The notes: a model not told the origin generated them from the sequence alone. Positions 18,315-26,201 are shown, numbered from the stretch's first letter. The stretch: 64,000 bases of DNA from Acutalibacteraceae bacterium (GCA_045632485.1 JAZQWT010000155.1:7626-71625), one strand, 5' to 3'. A program made the numbers and translations.

Positions 18315-18494
18315 ATGAACAATTTACAATGGCAAGTAATAGCAGAATGTGAAGCCAAGAACAACGGCATTGATGAAAAATTTGATAGAGTGATTGCGGC
18401 TTTTGAATACCCGTCACACGCTGAAGATTTTATCAATATGTGTTTACCTAAAGAAAACAAAAGCAAGTTCAGAATTGAGCGTATCAAAGCATAA
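18315..18494 (+). CDS. Small hypothetical protein (59 aa)
   Basis: ATG after AAGGCGG. Below the track cutoff. First gene of a plus-strand three-gene islet. Confidence 0.45.
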   Translation: MNNLQWQVIAECEAKNNGIDEKFDRVIAAFEYPSHAEDFINMCLPKENKSKFRIERIKA

Positions 18495-18508
18495 AGGGGG
18501 CAAAAACA

Positions 18509-18772
18509 ATGATTCTTGAATTTACAGTAAAAAGAAACCGTGCAAGCGTTACACAAGGCACAGCAACCGTTTTTTTGAACGGTCAAGAGGTTTTAACCTT
18601 CGGTGACAAAATCGAACTTATAAAAGACGGTCAAGCGTTTTACGGCGAAAATATCGCAGGTTATGCAAGTGTTATACCTGATGAAAATTTCATCAAAGGC
18701 GTTTTATTCCACCCGTATGATGATATTTACCATTACAGCCGCCGTGTAAAAAATATACTTTTTGGTGAATAA
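18509..18772 (+). CDS. Hypothetical protein
   Basis: 87-aa ORF with an AAGGGGG SD. Confidence 0.55.
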   Translation: MILEFTVKRNRASVTQGTATVFLNGQEVLTFGDKIELIKDGQAFYGENIAGYASVIPDENFIKGVLFHPYDDIYHYSRRVKNILFGE

Positions 18773-18784
18773 GGGGGCTGCGTT

Positions 18785-18952
18785 ATGACTAACAACGAAT
18801 TAGAAAAAATGTTCGGCTTGCCGTATCTTCAATCATTGATTGATAATGATATAGAAAATTACGGGTATATTTCCTCAATTACATTACGCTATATCGGTAA
18901 TTTTGGTAATTTAGTAATTACAAAAGAATTAAAAGTAAAGGCGGCTGAATAA
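18785..18952 (+). CDS. Small hypothetical protein (55 aa)
   Basis: ATG after AAGGGGGCTGCGTTATG. Ends inside the bidirectional terminator. Confidence 0.45.
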   Translation: MTNNELEKMFGLPYLQSLIDNDIENYGYISSITLRYIGNFGNLVITKELKVKAAE

Positions 18953-18968
18953 GCCGCCCTTTATTTTT
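18939..18968. terminator. Bidirectional terminator between convergent units
   Basis: GGCGGC-TGAATAA-GCCGCC flanked by an A-run and a T-run. Confidence 0.6.
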
Positions 18969-19623
18969 CAAGCCTTAAAACTTTGTCAACCGTTATATAC
19001 TCTTCCGCAAGCGGTACGCTGATTTTCTTGTAAAATTCGGCTTTTTGCTTTTCATCTTCAAAAACGATAACAGAATAGAAATTGATGTTGTTCTTTTCCT
19101 GCATACGCTCTTTACTCTTTGCTCTTGCTTCTTTCACCTCTTCAAGCCCTTTTTTGACTTCTTCGGCTTCGGGAGTTTCAAACATTTCCGTAAATCTTTC
19201 GTCACCGTCAAACATAAAATCAACATCAAGTTTCGTAAATCCCATTTCATCAAAATTGAGGTCAAATTCTTCGGTCAGCATAGCAAGACCTTCTAAGTCA
19301 TAATCGCCCGCCATTGACTGATTATTGAGAATTACATTTAATTTCGCTTCCGTTCTTTCGTCAACATCAACAACGCACACATCAAGAGAATAGTTCTTGT
19401 TTTTCTCCAAAGCGTCAAGTTGCTCAATTCTCTGATGCCCGCCTACAATGTTGCCCGTTCTCTTATTCCAAGTTATAGCGGAAACAAGACCGTTTTCTTG
19501 CAGGTTCTTTTTCAAACGCTTTTTTGACTCTTTATCCATAATACGGGGATTATAGTCAGCGTTCTTTATGTCGGCTCTGTTGATTGTCGCAAAAGTGAAA
19601 TTTTGATATTTACTATTTGCCAT
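18961..19623 (-). CDS. ParB N-terminal-domain (nuclease-like) protein
   Basis: NPRIM...LKKNLQENGLVSAITWN...IVGGHQR pattern of the ParB/Srx fold. Overlaps the upstream PAPS-reductase gene by 11 nt. Confidence 0.6.
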   Translation of the reverse strand: MANSKYQNFTFATINRADIKNADYNPRIMDKESKKRLKKNLQENGLVSAITWNKRTGNIVGGHQRIEQLDALEKNKNYSLDVCVVDVDERTEAKLNVILNNQSMAGDYDLEGLAMLTEEFDLNFDEMGFTKLDVDFMFDGDERFTEMFETPEAEEVKKGLEEVKEARAKSKERMQEKNNINFYSVIVFEDEKQKAEFYKKISVPLAEEYITVDKVLRLEK

Positions 19624-20275
19624 ACTTTACATACCTTTCTACGCCTGCTCCCGCAAACGGATAAACTTTCAATATCTTTTCATAGTCATTCGGGTAAATC
19701 TCCTTAATAACGGCAAGTTCACTTCCTGCCAAACTACGAAAAGAAAAGCCGAGTTTTCGTTGTTCGGGGCTTAAATATAGTTTCTTTTGCTTTATGTATT
19801 GCAGCACTTCATTTTTCTTCCAATAAGCAAGGGGATAAAACCTGCCACGCTTATAATCTATGCTGCCGCTTTTCTTTATCATTGCATTTCGGACAATACT
19901 ATCTGCACACCGCTCGCCCGCTGCAATCCAATGATAACCCGTCTGCTGCCTTAAATATTCGTATGTGTCGTTTATTTTGACAATATCAATATCCCAATCG
20001 GCAACGGTGAAACTGCCGTATTTCAAGAAATTTGAACACTCAAAATGAGGTATGCGAATTATTTCTGTCTGATATTTATTTTCATACCATTTCAACATTC
20101 TTTCCTGAAATTCCAACTCAGGCACAAGATACATAAAAAACGGTTTTACATTCTTAAAATACTTAAAACACAAATCAAGCGTAACAATACTGTCCTTGCC
20201 GCCACTGAAGCCGACAATAACGCTGTCTGTTACGCTCGCCTGTGTTTTAATGGGGTCAAATAAGACATTACTCAT
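19613..20275 (-). CDS. PAPS-reductase-family PP-loop ATP pyrophosphatase
   Basis: PP-loop VGFSGGKDSIVTLDL. 220 aa. Coupled to the ParB-like gene. Confidence 0.7.
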   Translation of the reverse strand: MSNVLFDPIKTQASVTDSVIVGFSGGKDSIVTLDLCFKYFKNVKPFFMYLVPELEFQERMLKWYENKYQTEIIRIPHFECSNFLKYGSFTVADWDIDIVKINDTYEYLRQQTGYHWIAAGERCADSIVRNAMIKKSGSIDYKRGRFYPLAYWKKNEVLQYIKQKKLYLSPEQRKLGFSFRSLAGSELAVIKEIYPNDYEKILKVYPFAGAGVERYVKYGK

Positions 20276-20277
20276 TA

Positions 20278-20481
20278 TTAGCCCCCTGCCCCGCCTGTGG
20301 ACTTTCTACGCAAAGCATTTCTCATTGTTCTGCTTTTTCTTGTAGTGCCAAAAGCCCTTGCTGACAGAGTGCCACCTCTAAAAGCATTAACAAATGTTCT
20401 TGCAGAAGTTTGTGCGGACTTTCTGAACTGAGTTAATCTGTCCGTGCCTGTAGCCCTTGCTATTGTGCTTCTTATTGCCAT
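20278..20481 (-). CDS. Small Arg-rich hypothetical protein
   Basis: 67-aa highly basic ORF with SD. Confidence 0.4.
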   Translation of the reverse strand: MAIRSTIARATGTDRLTQFRKSAQTSARTFVNAFRGGTLSARAFGTTRKSRTMRNALRRKSTGGAGG

Positions 20482-20505
20482 ATTGTCACCCCCTTTCGCA
20501 GATTA

Positions 20506-20904
20506 CTAATCAATTTCTATGTTTTCCTCTGTTGCGGGGACAACATTAATATTGATAGCCATATCGTTTTGCTGCTTTTCTTCATTTTCCCTTTGGTCTA
20601 AATAAAGTTTGCCGAGAAAGATTTGCATTGTGACATTTCCTGCCTGTGCTGATTGATATTGCAATCGTCTAAGGCTAATTTTGCCCCTCGCAGACTTCCT
20701 TTTATATATATCCGCAAAAGTTGTTCCATAGGTTCTTTGACACCAACGGCTGATAGTATCGACACTACAATCGAAAAAGTCAGCAATTTCCTCTTCGGTG
20801 CAGAATATGGCACACAAACTTTCAAAATTGTTTTTGTCTATTTTCACTTGAGGTCTGCCCATAGGCTTTTTCTCTTTTTTTGAATCCTCTTTTTTCTTTG
20901 CCAT
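20506..20904 (-). CDS. Terminase small subunit-like HTH protein
   Basis: GRPQVKID..NFESLCAIFCTEEEIADFFDCSVDTISRWC...NVTMQIFLGKLYLDQ pattern typical of TerS. Lies 3.6 kb upstream of terL. Confidence 0.55.
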   Translation of the reverse strand: MAKKKEDSKKEKKPMGRPQVKIDKNNFESLCAIFCTEEEIADFFDCSVDTISRWCQRTYGTTFADIYKRKSARGKISLRRLQYQSAQAGNVTMQIFLGKLYLDQRENEEKQQNDMAININVVPATEENIEID

Positions 20905-20952
20905 TTTCTCACCTGCCTAAAATGTTCAAAATGGTGTTTATACCTCTTGTTC

Positions 20953-20993
20953 TATATCACAGCACCCACCCCTACGCTTTTGAATGTGATATA
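20953..20993. promoter_or_regulatory. Perfect 9-bp inverted repeat upstream of TerS
   Basis: TATATCACA-N23-TGTGATATA, between the terminator of the regulator gene and the TerS start. Confidence 0.35.
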
Positions 20994-21020
20994 CCTTTAC
21001 CCGTTAATACCATATAAACA

Positions 21021-21050
21021 GAAAAACCACCCTTGAATAAGAGTGGTTTT
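21021..21050 (-). terminator. Rho-independent terminator
   Basis: RNA AAAACCAC-loop-GUGGUUUUUCUGUUU, after the stop of 21154..21597. Confidence 0.5.
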
Positions 21051-21153
21051 CCCGCATTTTTAAGAAATAGAGGTATAAAGAATGAATAAGTATATATATT
21101 ATCTCACAATACCAATTTTAATACTTTCCAACTTTTTTTGCAATATAGAATAT

Positions 21154-21597
21154 TCAACAAACTTTAATATCGTTTTTTATACATTTTGCCATAACTTGTC
21201 TATGTAATCTGTATATCTTGTTTTCATTCCAATTTTCACAGGGGAATATCGTTGCAACGGCTTTAAGACAACTACGCCACGAAAGAGCATAAAAATATCT
21301 GTAACGGATAATCTCTAATTGTTTTTCGTTAATGTCACAGGATTTAAGCATAGATTCACAAATGAGCCATTCTGACACAAGTTTATCATAAAAAAAGGCT
21401 TTTTTGTGTTCCAACCTATTTATCTTATCAAGAGAATTGACTAAAGATGAACCGTTCCAACCGTTTCCTCTTGGCATACCTGTGAGGCTCGGGCTTTTCG
21501 GGGAACACATACTCTCTCGTATATCTGCTATATCAACCTCAATATCCTTAATTTTGTCATTTAAGTCTATCAGGTTTTTAAGATTAAGTTCTCGCAT
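21154..21597 (-). CDS. Sigma-70 region-4-like late transcription regulator (ArpU/RinA-like)
   Basis: C-terminal EKQLEIIRYRYFYALSWRSCLKAVA resembles sigma region 4. Lies just upstream of the packaging genes. ATG 21597 follows an AGGAGGG SD. Confidence 0.4.
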   Translation of the reverse strand: MRELNLKNLIDLNDKIKDIEVDIADIRESMCSPKSPSLTGMPRGNGWNGSSLVNSLDKINRLEHKKAFFYDKLVSEWLICESMLKSCDINEKQLEIIRYRYFYALSWRSCLKAVATIFPCENWNENKIYRLHRQVMAKCIKNDIKVC

Positions 21598-21611
21598 AGT
21601 TGCCCTCCTGT

Positions 21612-21791
21612 TCAAATCACCAATGATATAAGAAAAACGATATAAAGAAATACTGCGATAACAAAAACGGCACAGTCAATTATGCAAAAGACTTTTCCAC
21701 GCCCTGTATTCTTAGTATAATGCACCTGCCATAATGCCACAAGTAAGCAAATAAAGGTGCAGACTGTAAGTTTTACAAATTGCATATTCAT
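21612..21791 (-). CDS. Small two-TM membrane protein (59 aa)
   Basis: Hydrophobic segments LTVCTFICLLVALW and IIDCAVFVIAVFLYIVFLISLVI. Below the track cutoff. Confidence 0.4.
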   Translation of the reverse strand: MNMQFVKLTVCTFICLLVALWQVHYTKNTGRGKVFCIIDCAVFVIAVFLYIVFLISLVI

Positions 21792-21796
21792 AGTTA

Positions 21797-22507
21797 TTAA
21801 TACCCTGAAGAACCAAATCCGTTGTTACCTCTCTCGGTATCTTCTAAACTGCTAACTAATTCAAGTTCAGGTGTGATAATCGGCAATATTACAAGTTGAG
21901 AAATCTTATCACCTGCATTAACCGTGTAATCATAACCGCTGTTGTTATAGAGTTTAACAACGATACTTCCCGTATATCCGCAATCTATAACACCTTCGCT
22001 TGTTATGCCGTGTTTTACATTCAAGCCCGACTTACTCTTGAGAAAACCTACATATCCTTCGGGTATCTCAATATGTACACCTGTATCAAACTTTGCACTT
22101 TCTCTTGCAGGAACAATCTGTGTTTCTCTTGCGTAAATATCAAGTCCTGCATCTGTTTCGTGTGCTCTTGTCGGCATTTTTGCCCCTTCATCAAGCATAA
22201 TTTTCATTTTCTGTTGTTCTCCTTTGTTGATAATATCCATTTTTTCAGTTGGGTTATATTTTACAGAATCGGAATACTTAATGTACTCATTTATACACTT
22301 CCTTGCTATGTTTTCTATAACACAATCAATCTTGCAAAGCATTTTTTCTATCGCATCTTCAATAGGTTTCTTAAACTCTGCAATTGCCTTTGTCAACTCT
22401 GCCTTGTGCCTGTTTTGCTTTGCAATAGGGCATTGCTCGGCGTTTTTATCGCAATAGTCCAACATATCGCAATCAATACAGTATTCGCATCGTTGTATAT
22501 CACTCAT
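21797..22507 (-). CDS. dut: dUTPase with Cys-rich N-terminal extension
   Basis: C-terminal ~140 aa carry trimeric dUTPase motifs (AGLDIYA, IDCGYTG, RGNNGFGSSG). The N-terminal ~95 aa contain CEYCIDCDMLDYC..QCP. Confidence 0.8.
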   Translation of the reverse strand: MSDIQRCEYCIDCDMLDYCDKNAEQCPIAKQNRHKAELTKAIAEFKKPIEDAIEKMLCKIDCVIENIARKCINEYIKYSDSVKYNPTEKMDIINKGEQQKMKIMLDEGAKMPTRAHETDAGLDIYARETQIVPARESAKFDTGVHIEIPEGYVGFLKSKSGLNVKHGITSEGVIDCGYTGSIVVKLYNNSGYDYTVNAGDKISQLVILPIITPELELVSSLEDTERGNNGFGSSGY

Positions 22508-22524
22508 TATTATTACGCCCCCCC

Positions 22525-22785
22525 TTAAAGCATTGCGATTTCCCGATTTAATTTATGCCTTTCATCTTCAAAGGCTTTTTTTATAACCGCAAGTTCGCCA
22601 TAAGTAAGTTCAATAGGCTTACCGTTTATTCTTTCTCCCTCACGCCGCAGAACGAAGTCTGATTTTTCATCTGTCCGCTCGTCTAAATTACTTTGAATTG
22701 GTTTTTCAACAACATCAATGATATGTTGTGCTCTTGCTTCCTTCTCAAAAAGTTCCTTTGCTTTCTCAAAAGACTCTTTTGTCAT
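22525..22785 (-). CDS. Hypothetical protein
   Basis: ATG 22785 in a TAATG overlap after a GGAGGAA SD. Confidence 0.5.
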   Translation of the reverse strand: MTKESFEKAKELFEKEARAQHIIDVVEKPIQSNLDERTDEKSDFVLRREGERINGKPIELTYGELAVIKKAFEDERHKLNREIAML

Positions 22786-23138
22786 TATATATTCCTCCAA
22801 TCAAAAGCCTGACCGCAATAAGGACAAAATTTTTGCCACTTTTTGTTTACTTTATAGCCTTGTGCTTCGCCGCAATTAGGACAATGGTAATTTACCAATT
22901 TTCCTTCATAATATGCCTTTTTGGGCTTCAGCGGTTCTGCCGATTCGCTTTCTTTTGCGTTATCGTGGGTGCAAACCACATATACCGCCATTTGCCATAT
23001 TTCTTCTATTGTTGCACTCACTCTTTCAAGCATATCGCTTGTATTTATTGGATAAGTTAATGCCCGAAAATCGTCAATATCGTGTCCTGCTTCAACCTCA
23101 GAAATAGCGTTCTCCAAAAGATGTTCAATGTTGCTCAC
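22785..23138 (-). CDS. Zinc-ribbon protein
   Basis: GTG 23138 in a GTGA overlap after a GGAGGAAAAG SD. C-terminal CPNCG...CPYCG. Confidence 0.45.
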   Translation of the reverse strand: MSNIEHLLENAISEVEAGHDIDDFRALTYPINTSDMLERVSATIEEIWQMAVYVVCTHDNAKESESAEPLKPKKAYYEGKLVNYHCPNCGEAQGYKVNKKWQKFCPYCGQAFDWRNI

Positions 23139-23452
23139 TTTCTTTTCCTCCGTCCCATTTTTGCACCACAATGAGGACAATACCTTGATGTTACATAATC
23201 TTCCGCACCGTTTAATACTGCCCTTTTTCCGCAATTTGAACAAAATGGTTCAGAGTGTTGATGTTTGACATATGGAATTATCATCATTCTGTTATCATCG
23301 TCATACGCTTCAACAACCCATTCCCCGTGCTTCACTTCCTGAACATCGGCTGTAGGTGCTTCTTCCATAAGTTTTCTTGCACCGCCTGCCGCTCCGATGT
23401 GTACTCTGTCATATTCAGCAATCAATTTTTCAACATCAACATATCTTGCCAT
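23135..23452 (-). CDS. Zinc-ribbon protein
   Basis: 105 aa with C-terminal CSNCG...CPHCGAKM. Confidence 0.55.
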   Translation of the reverse strand: MARYVDVEKLIAEYDRVHIGAAGGARKLMEEAPTADVQEVKHGEWVVEAYDDDNRMMIIPYVKHQHSEPFCSNCGKRAVLNGAEDYVTSRYCPHCGAKMGRRKRK

Positions 23453-23691
23453 TACTCAGCACCGCCTTTCTCATATAGTTCATTTATATGCTCTCGTTCA
23501 AACGCAGGTATTTTACCGTGATGTAAAATTGTAATTGCCGTAAAAAGTTCAGCGTTCAAGATATACTCATTGTCACTGAAATCAATGTGTTTTCTTGCCT
23601 GACACAATAAATTTGTAAGCGTTCTTAACTCTGTATCACTCATTGTCAAAGTTATACTGCCCGTTTCTCCGTCAATCTTTTTAATGTTCAT
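23452..23691 (-). CDS. Hypothetical protein
   Basis: 79-aa ORF whose stop and start are coupled to its neighbours. Confidence 0.5.
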   Translation of the reverse strand: MNIKKIDGETGSITLTMSDTELRTLTNLLCQARKHIDFSDNEYILNAELFTAITILHHGKIPAFEREHINELYEKGGAE

Positions 23692-23705
23692 TCTTGCACC
23701 TGCCT

Positions 23706-23915
23706 TTACTCTTCAATTCTCGCTTTTCTTTCAGCCAATAAACACCGTTCATCTTTTATCACATTTCCGTGTCTGTCTGTTTCTAAAAATGGATAAAAAA
23801 CTTCACAATAAGGTTTATTGCTTTGAAAGTTCAATCTCGGACATTTGTTTTTTGCATTTTTCATACAATAAAAACCTTTAGGGCACATTAAATCAATGTT
23901 CTCTGTTATTCTCAT
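23706..23915 (-). CDS. Cys-rich hypothetical protein
   Basis: 69-aa ORF in an ATGA overlap with the upstream mini-ORF. Confidence 0.5.
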   Translation of the reverse strand: MRITENIDLMCPKGFYCMKNAKNKCPRLNFQSNKPYCEVFYPFLETDRHGNVIKDERCLLAERKARIEE

Positions 23916-24070
23916 TCCGTGTCACTTACCTTTCTTTTACAATACCAACCACAAGGGAACTTATCATAATAAACTAATGCTTCATATTCCTTACAAACAC
24001 CGCTTCCGTGTAGGATATTTGAATTAGGTCTATAATGCACACAAGTTCCGCAACATTTATGTTCACTCAT
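23912..24070 (-). CDS. Cys-rich mini-protein (52 aa)
   Basis: MSEHKCCGTCVHY...CGWYC. Below the track cutoff. Confidence 0.4.
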   Translation of the reverse strand: MSEHKCCGTCVHYRPNSNILHGSGVCKEYEALVYYDKFPCGWYCKRKVSDTE

Positions 24071-24076
24071 TCGGTG

Positions 24077-24355
24077 TTACCTGCCATTTCTTTTTACAAG
24101 GTTGTCGATAATTAATTCCGTACCTTTATTAACTATTTGCAACCTCTCAATCTCTGCCTTTTGTGAAGCAATAGTCTTATCAGCAATTCTTTCAAGGTTA
24201 TCGCATTTCTTTATGTATTCATTTTTACTGTTGATAAGGTCAAGGGTTTCTTTTATAGTCTGCTTACCAATAAGCACTAAAAAACAATTATTAATAGGGG
24301 TATTGCCTTGTTCAAGCAAGTTTTCCAAAGTCTTTATAATCTCTGTTTCTGTCAT
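24077..24355 (-). CDS. Hypothetical coiled-coil protein
   Basis: ATG 24355 in an ATGA overlap after an AGAGGGG SD. Confidence 0.5.
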   Translation of the reverse strand: MTETEIIKTLENLLEQGNTPINNCFLVLIGKQTIKETLDLINSKNEYIKKCDNLERIADKTIASQKAEIERLQIVNKGTELIIDNLVKRNGR

Positions 24356-24807
24356 TTTTGACCCCTCTTTTCTCCGTAACTGCAATAATGGTTATCTTCA
24401 ACGCTTAAATTCAGGAGAAGTTTGTAATGTTGTCCGATTTCGGGAATATTTTTTTTAATTTCATTCTTAGGGTGATAACACTTTCCCTCAATGTTATATA
24501 TGCAATCCTTACACCGTACTACTTCCTGAGTTGTGTGATTAGCCATATATTCATACTTTTTGTCAATGCGTCTAACATCTTTTTCCCACGCTCTGTTAAT
24601 ACGCCTTATTTCATTTTTGAAGTCTTTATAGACTTGATTAATTTCCACACGATACCTTTCTCTTTCTGCGTTTACCATACCTACCGAGAAATTATGTGTT
24701 TTATGGGCAAGATATTCTGTTATTTCTTTAAGTGTATGAATATTAATATCAGGTATTTTACTTGCAAGATAGACAGATATTTCATCTGTTAATTTTGTAA
24801 ATGTCAT
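24352..24807 (-). CDS. Hypothetical protein
   Basis: 151-aa ORF in the coupled chain. Confidence 0.55.
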   Translation of the reverse strand: MTFTKLTDEISVYLASKIPDINIHTLKEITEYLAHKTHNFSVGMVNAERERYRVEINQVYKDFKNEIRRINRAWEKDVRRIDKKYEYMANHTTQEVVRCKDCIYNIEGKCYHPKNEIKKNIPEIGQHYKLLLNLSVEDNHYCSYGEKRGQK

Positions 24808-24983
24808 TCCCCCTCTTTCTCCTTTCTTATATCAACTTGCTTATTGTGCTCGATGATTTCAAGAGCAGATTTTGTGTAGCCCTCACGCATACAGGATTGA
24901 CAGATTTCATTCCCGTCTTTGTCGAGTTTATAAAAGGGGTTTCGGCTTGTTCTCCGTTTTCCGCAATAAAAACAATTCTTCAT
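24804..24983 (-). CDS. Zinc-ribbon mini-protein (59 aa)
   Basis: MKNCFYCGKR...CQSC. ATGA overlap with the next gene. Confidence 0.4.
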   Translation of the reverse strand: MKNCFYCGKRRTSRNPFYKLDKDGNEICQSCMREGYTKSALEIIEHNKQVDIRKEKEGE

Positions 24984-24987
24984 CTAT

Positions 24988-25131
24988 TTAACCGCCCCCG
25001 TGCCCTATAACTTTTGAGAGATTCAACACAAATTTTATATATTTATACAAGCAAAAAGCACCGAAGCACACCCAATACCAAGCACCTGCATCTATTGTTG
25101 CTCCGATTATTGCAAATAGAATTATGTTCAT
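24988..25131 (-). CDS. Small membrane protein (47 aa)
   Basis: MNIILFAIIGATIDAGAWYWVCFGAFCLY is hydrophobic. Start abuts the stop of the upstream gene. Confidence 0.35.
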   Translation of the reverse strand: MNIILFAIIGATIDAGAWYWVCFGAFCLYKYIKFVLNLSKVIGHGGG

Positions 25132-25506
25132 TTAATCACCCACCTTTCGATTTTCACCTGTTTTGCGGCTGTGCCAAACTTTATCATCAGCATAATACTG
25201 AGCATTGCACTCGTCACAAAAAGCGTCAAAATAATCAGAAAATAATTCTACTATATTTCCGCAAAAAGGACATTTGAGTTTGATATTTTTCATTGTCTGA
25301 ACTTCTTTTACCTCGACCTGAACAACTTTATATGTTTTCGGGTTTATGTTTCTTGTTTTGGCTTCAATTCCTACGCTTATTTTGGAAAGAATTAAGGGAG
25401 TACGATGTTCGTTATCTTCAAGGATTTGTTCGTGGGGATATTTGCTGAAGTTTGTTCCGCTTATTAATTTACCGTTTCGTATGTTTTTGAAAGCATAGTA
25501 TGCCAT
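25132..25506 (-). CDS. Hypothetical protein with C-terminal zinc ribbon
   Basis: 124 aa with CPFCGN...CDEC. Confidence 0.55.
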   Translation of the reverse strand: MAYYAFKNIRNGKLISGTNFSKYPHEQILEDNEHRTPLILSKISVGIEAKTRNINPKTYKVVQVEVKEVQTMKNIKLKCPFCGNIVELFSDYFDAFCDECNAQYYADDKVWHSRKTGENRKVGD

Positions 25507-25507
25507 A

Positions 25508-25699
25508 TTAACAACCTACCTTTTTATATCTTCCGCAATGACAAACGCCCTCTTTCTGTTGTTCTCTGAACTCTTTACACGGGCATTTTGTGTCCTCGGT
25601 TTTCTCTATCATACAAGGGCAATAGCCGCCATTTTCATTGACCGCCTTTGTTGCTTCATCGTATGAGTATGTATAAGGATTTTTGATTATTTTGAACAT
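25508..25699 (-). CDS. Ferredoxin-thioredoxin-reductase catalytic-chain-like mini-protein
   Basis: CPC-x9-CPC-x11-CHC cysteine signature. ATG 25699 is preferred (GGAGAG..AAAGG SD). Confidence 0.35.
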   Translation of the reverse strand: MFKIIKNPYTYSYDEATKAVNENGGYCPCMIEKTEDTKCPCKEFREQQKEGVCHCGRYKKVGC

Positions 25700-25842
25700 A
25701 CCTTTTCTGACTCTCCTGTTGTTTCTCTTTTCTCCCATTTGCACAAATCAGGTGTGTCAATCACAGGGCAAAAATCGGCACACAACGGGCAATCTGCATT
25801 TACGCACACTTCGTCTTTGCAGTATATACATTCATTTGACAT
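25687..25842 (-). CDS. Cys-rich ferredoxin-like mini-protein (51 aa)
   Basis: CIYCKDEVCVNADCPLCADFCP includes a CxxCxxxCP motif. Below the track cutoff. Confidence 0.35.
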   Translation of the reverse strand: MSNECIYCKDEVCVNADCPLCADFCPVIDTPDLCKWEKRETTGESEKVCSK

Positions 25843-26017
25843 TATTCAGCACCCCCGAAACTTTGTTATAAATATCTGTTTTTTTGAGATTAATATAATC
25901 GGGGCAATCCCCTTCAGCATCAACATAGGAATGTATCCGAACACATCTGACCTGCCCTTTGTCATTGGTTCGGGACTTGTCGCAATAGTCACAGTTGCCG
26001 CACATATTATATTTCAT
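25832..26017 (-). CDS. Cys-rich hypothetical protein
   Basis: 61 aa with CGNCDYC...C..C. Confidence 0.45.
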   Translation of the reverse strand: MKYNMCGNCDYCDKSRTNDKGQVRCVRIHSYVDAEGDCPDYINLKKTDIYNKVSGVLNNVK

Positions 26018-26201
26018 TTGCAGTACCTCCGTTCCACGCCTTAACCGCTTGCTTATATGCTCCTTTTTGCGTAAATGCGAACTTCATTACCGTTTTTCTG
26101 CAACATAAACACCCTATCAAACACCTACTCATAACAAAAAAACTTTCTTCTTCAATGGCTATGTTTGTACTTCCGCATCTGCAAGGCTTTAACTCTTTCA
26201 T
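26007..26201 (-). CDS. Lar-like protein (paralogue 2 of 4)
   Basis: MKELKPCRCGS... with C-terminal AVKAWNGG. Confidence 0.5.
   Translation of the reverse strand: MKELKPCRCGSTNIAIEEESFFVMSRCLIGCLCCRKTVMKFAFTQKGAYKQAVKAWNGGTANEI

Noticed and set aside
21896-22528. Long plus-strand ORFs in the track (for example 21896..22528, 26645..27160, 10618..10965, 13582..13887, 61409..61795).
   Set aside because: They are antisense shadows of well-supported minus-strand genes. They have low-complexity Phe/Leu/Ser/Cys-rich translations, no SD and no motifs. 10618..10965 and 10892..11143 also run through the tRNA genes.
23452-23470. The recurring string caccgcctttc / cagcaccgcctttc at many gene junctions (for example 23455, 27510, 55313, 55570, 62920), with products ending ...GGAE, considered as a dispersed repeat.
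   Set aside because: On the coding strand it is GAAAGGCGGTG(CTGA), which is the SD of the next gene embedded in the end of the previous gene. This is translational-coupling architecture, not an independent element.
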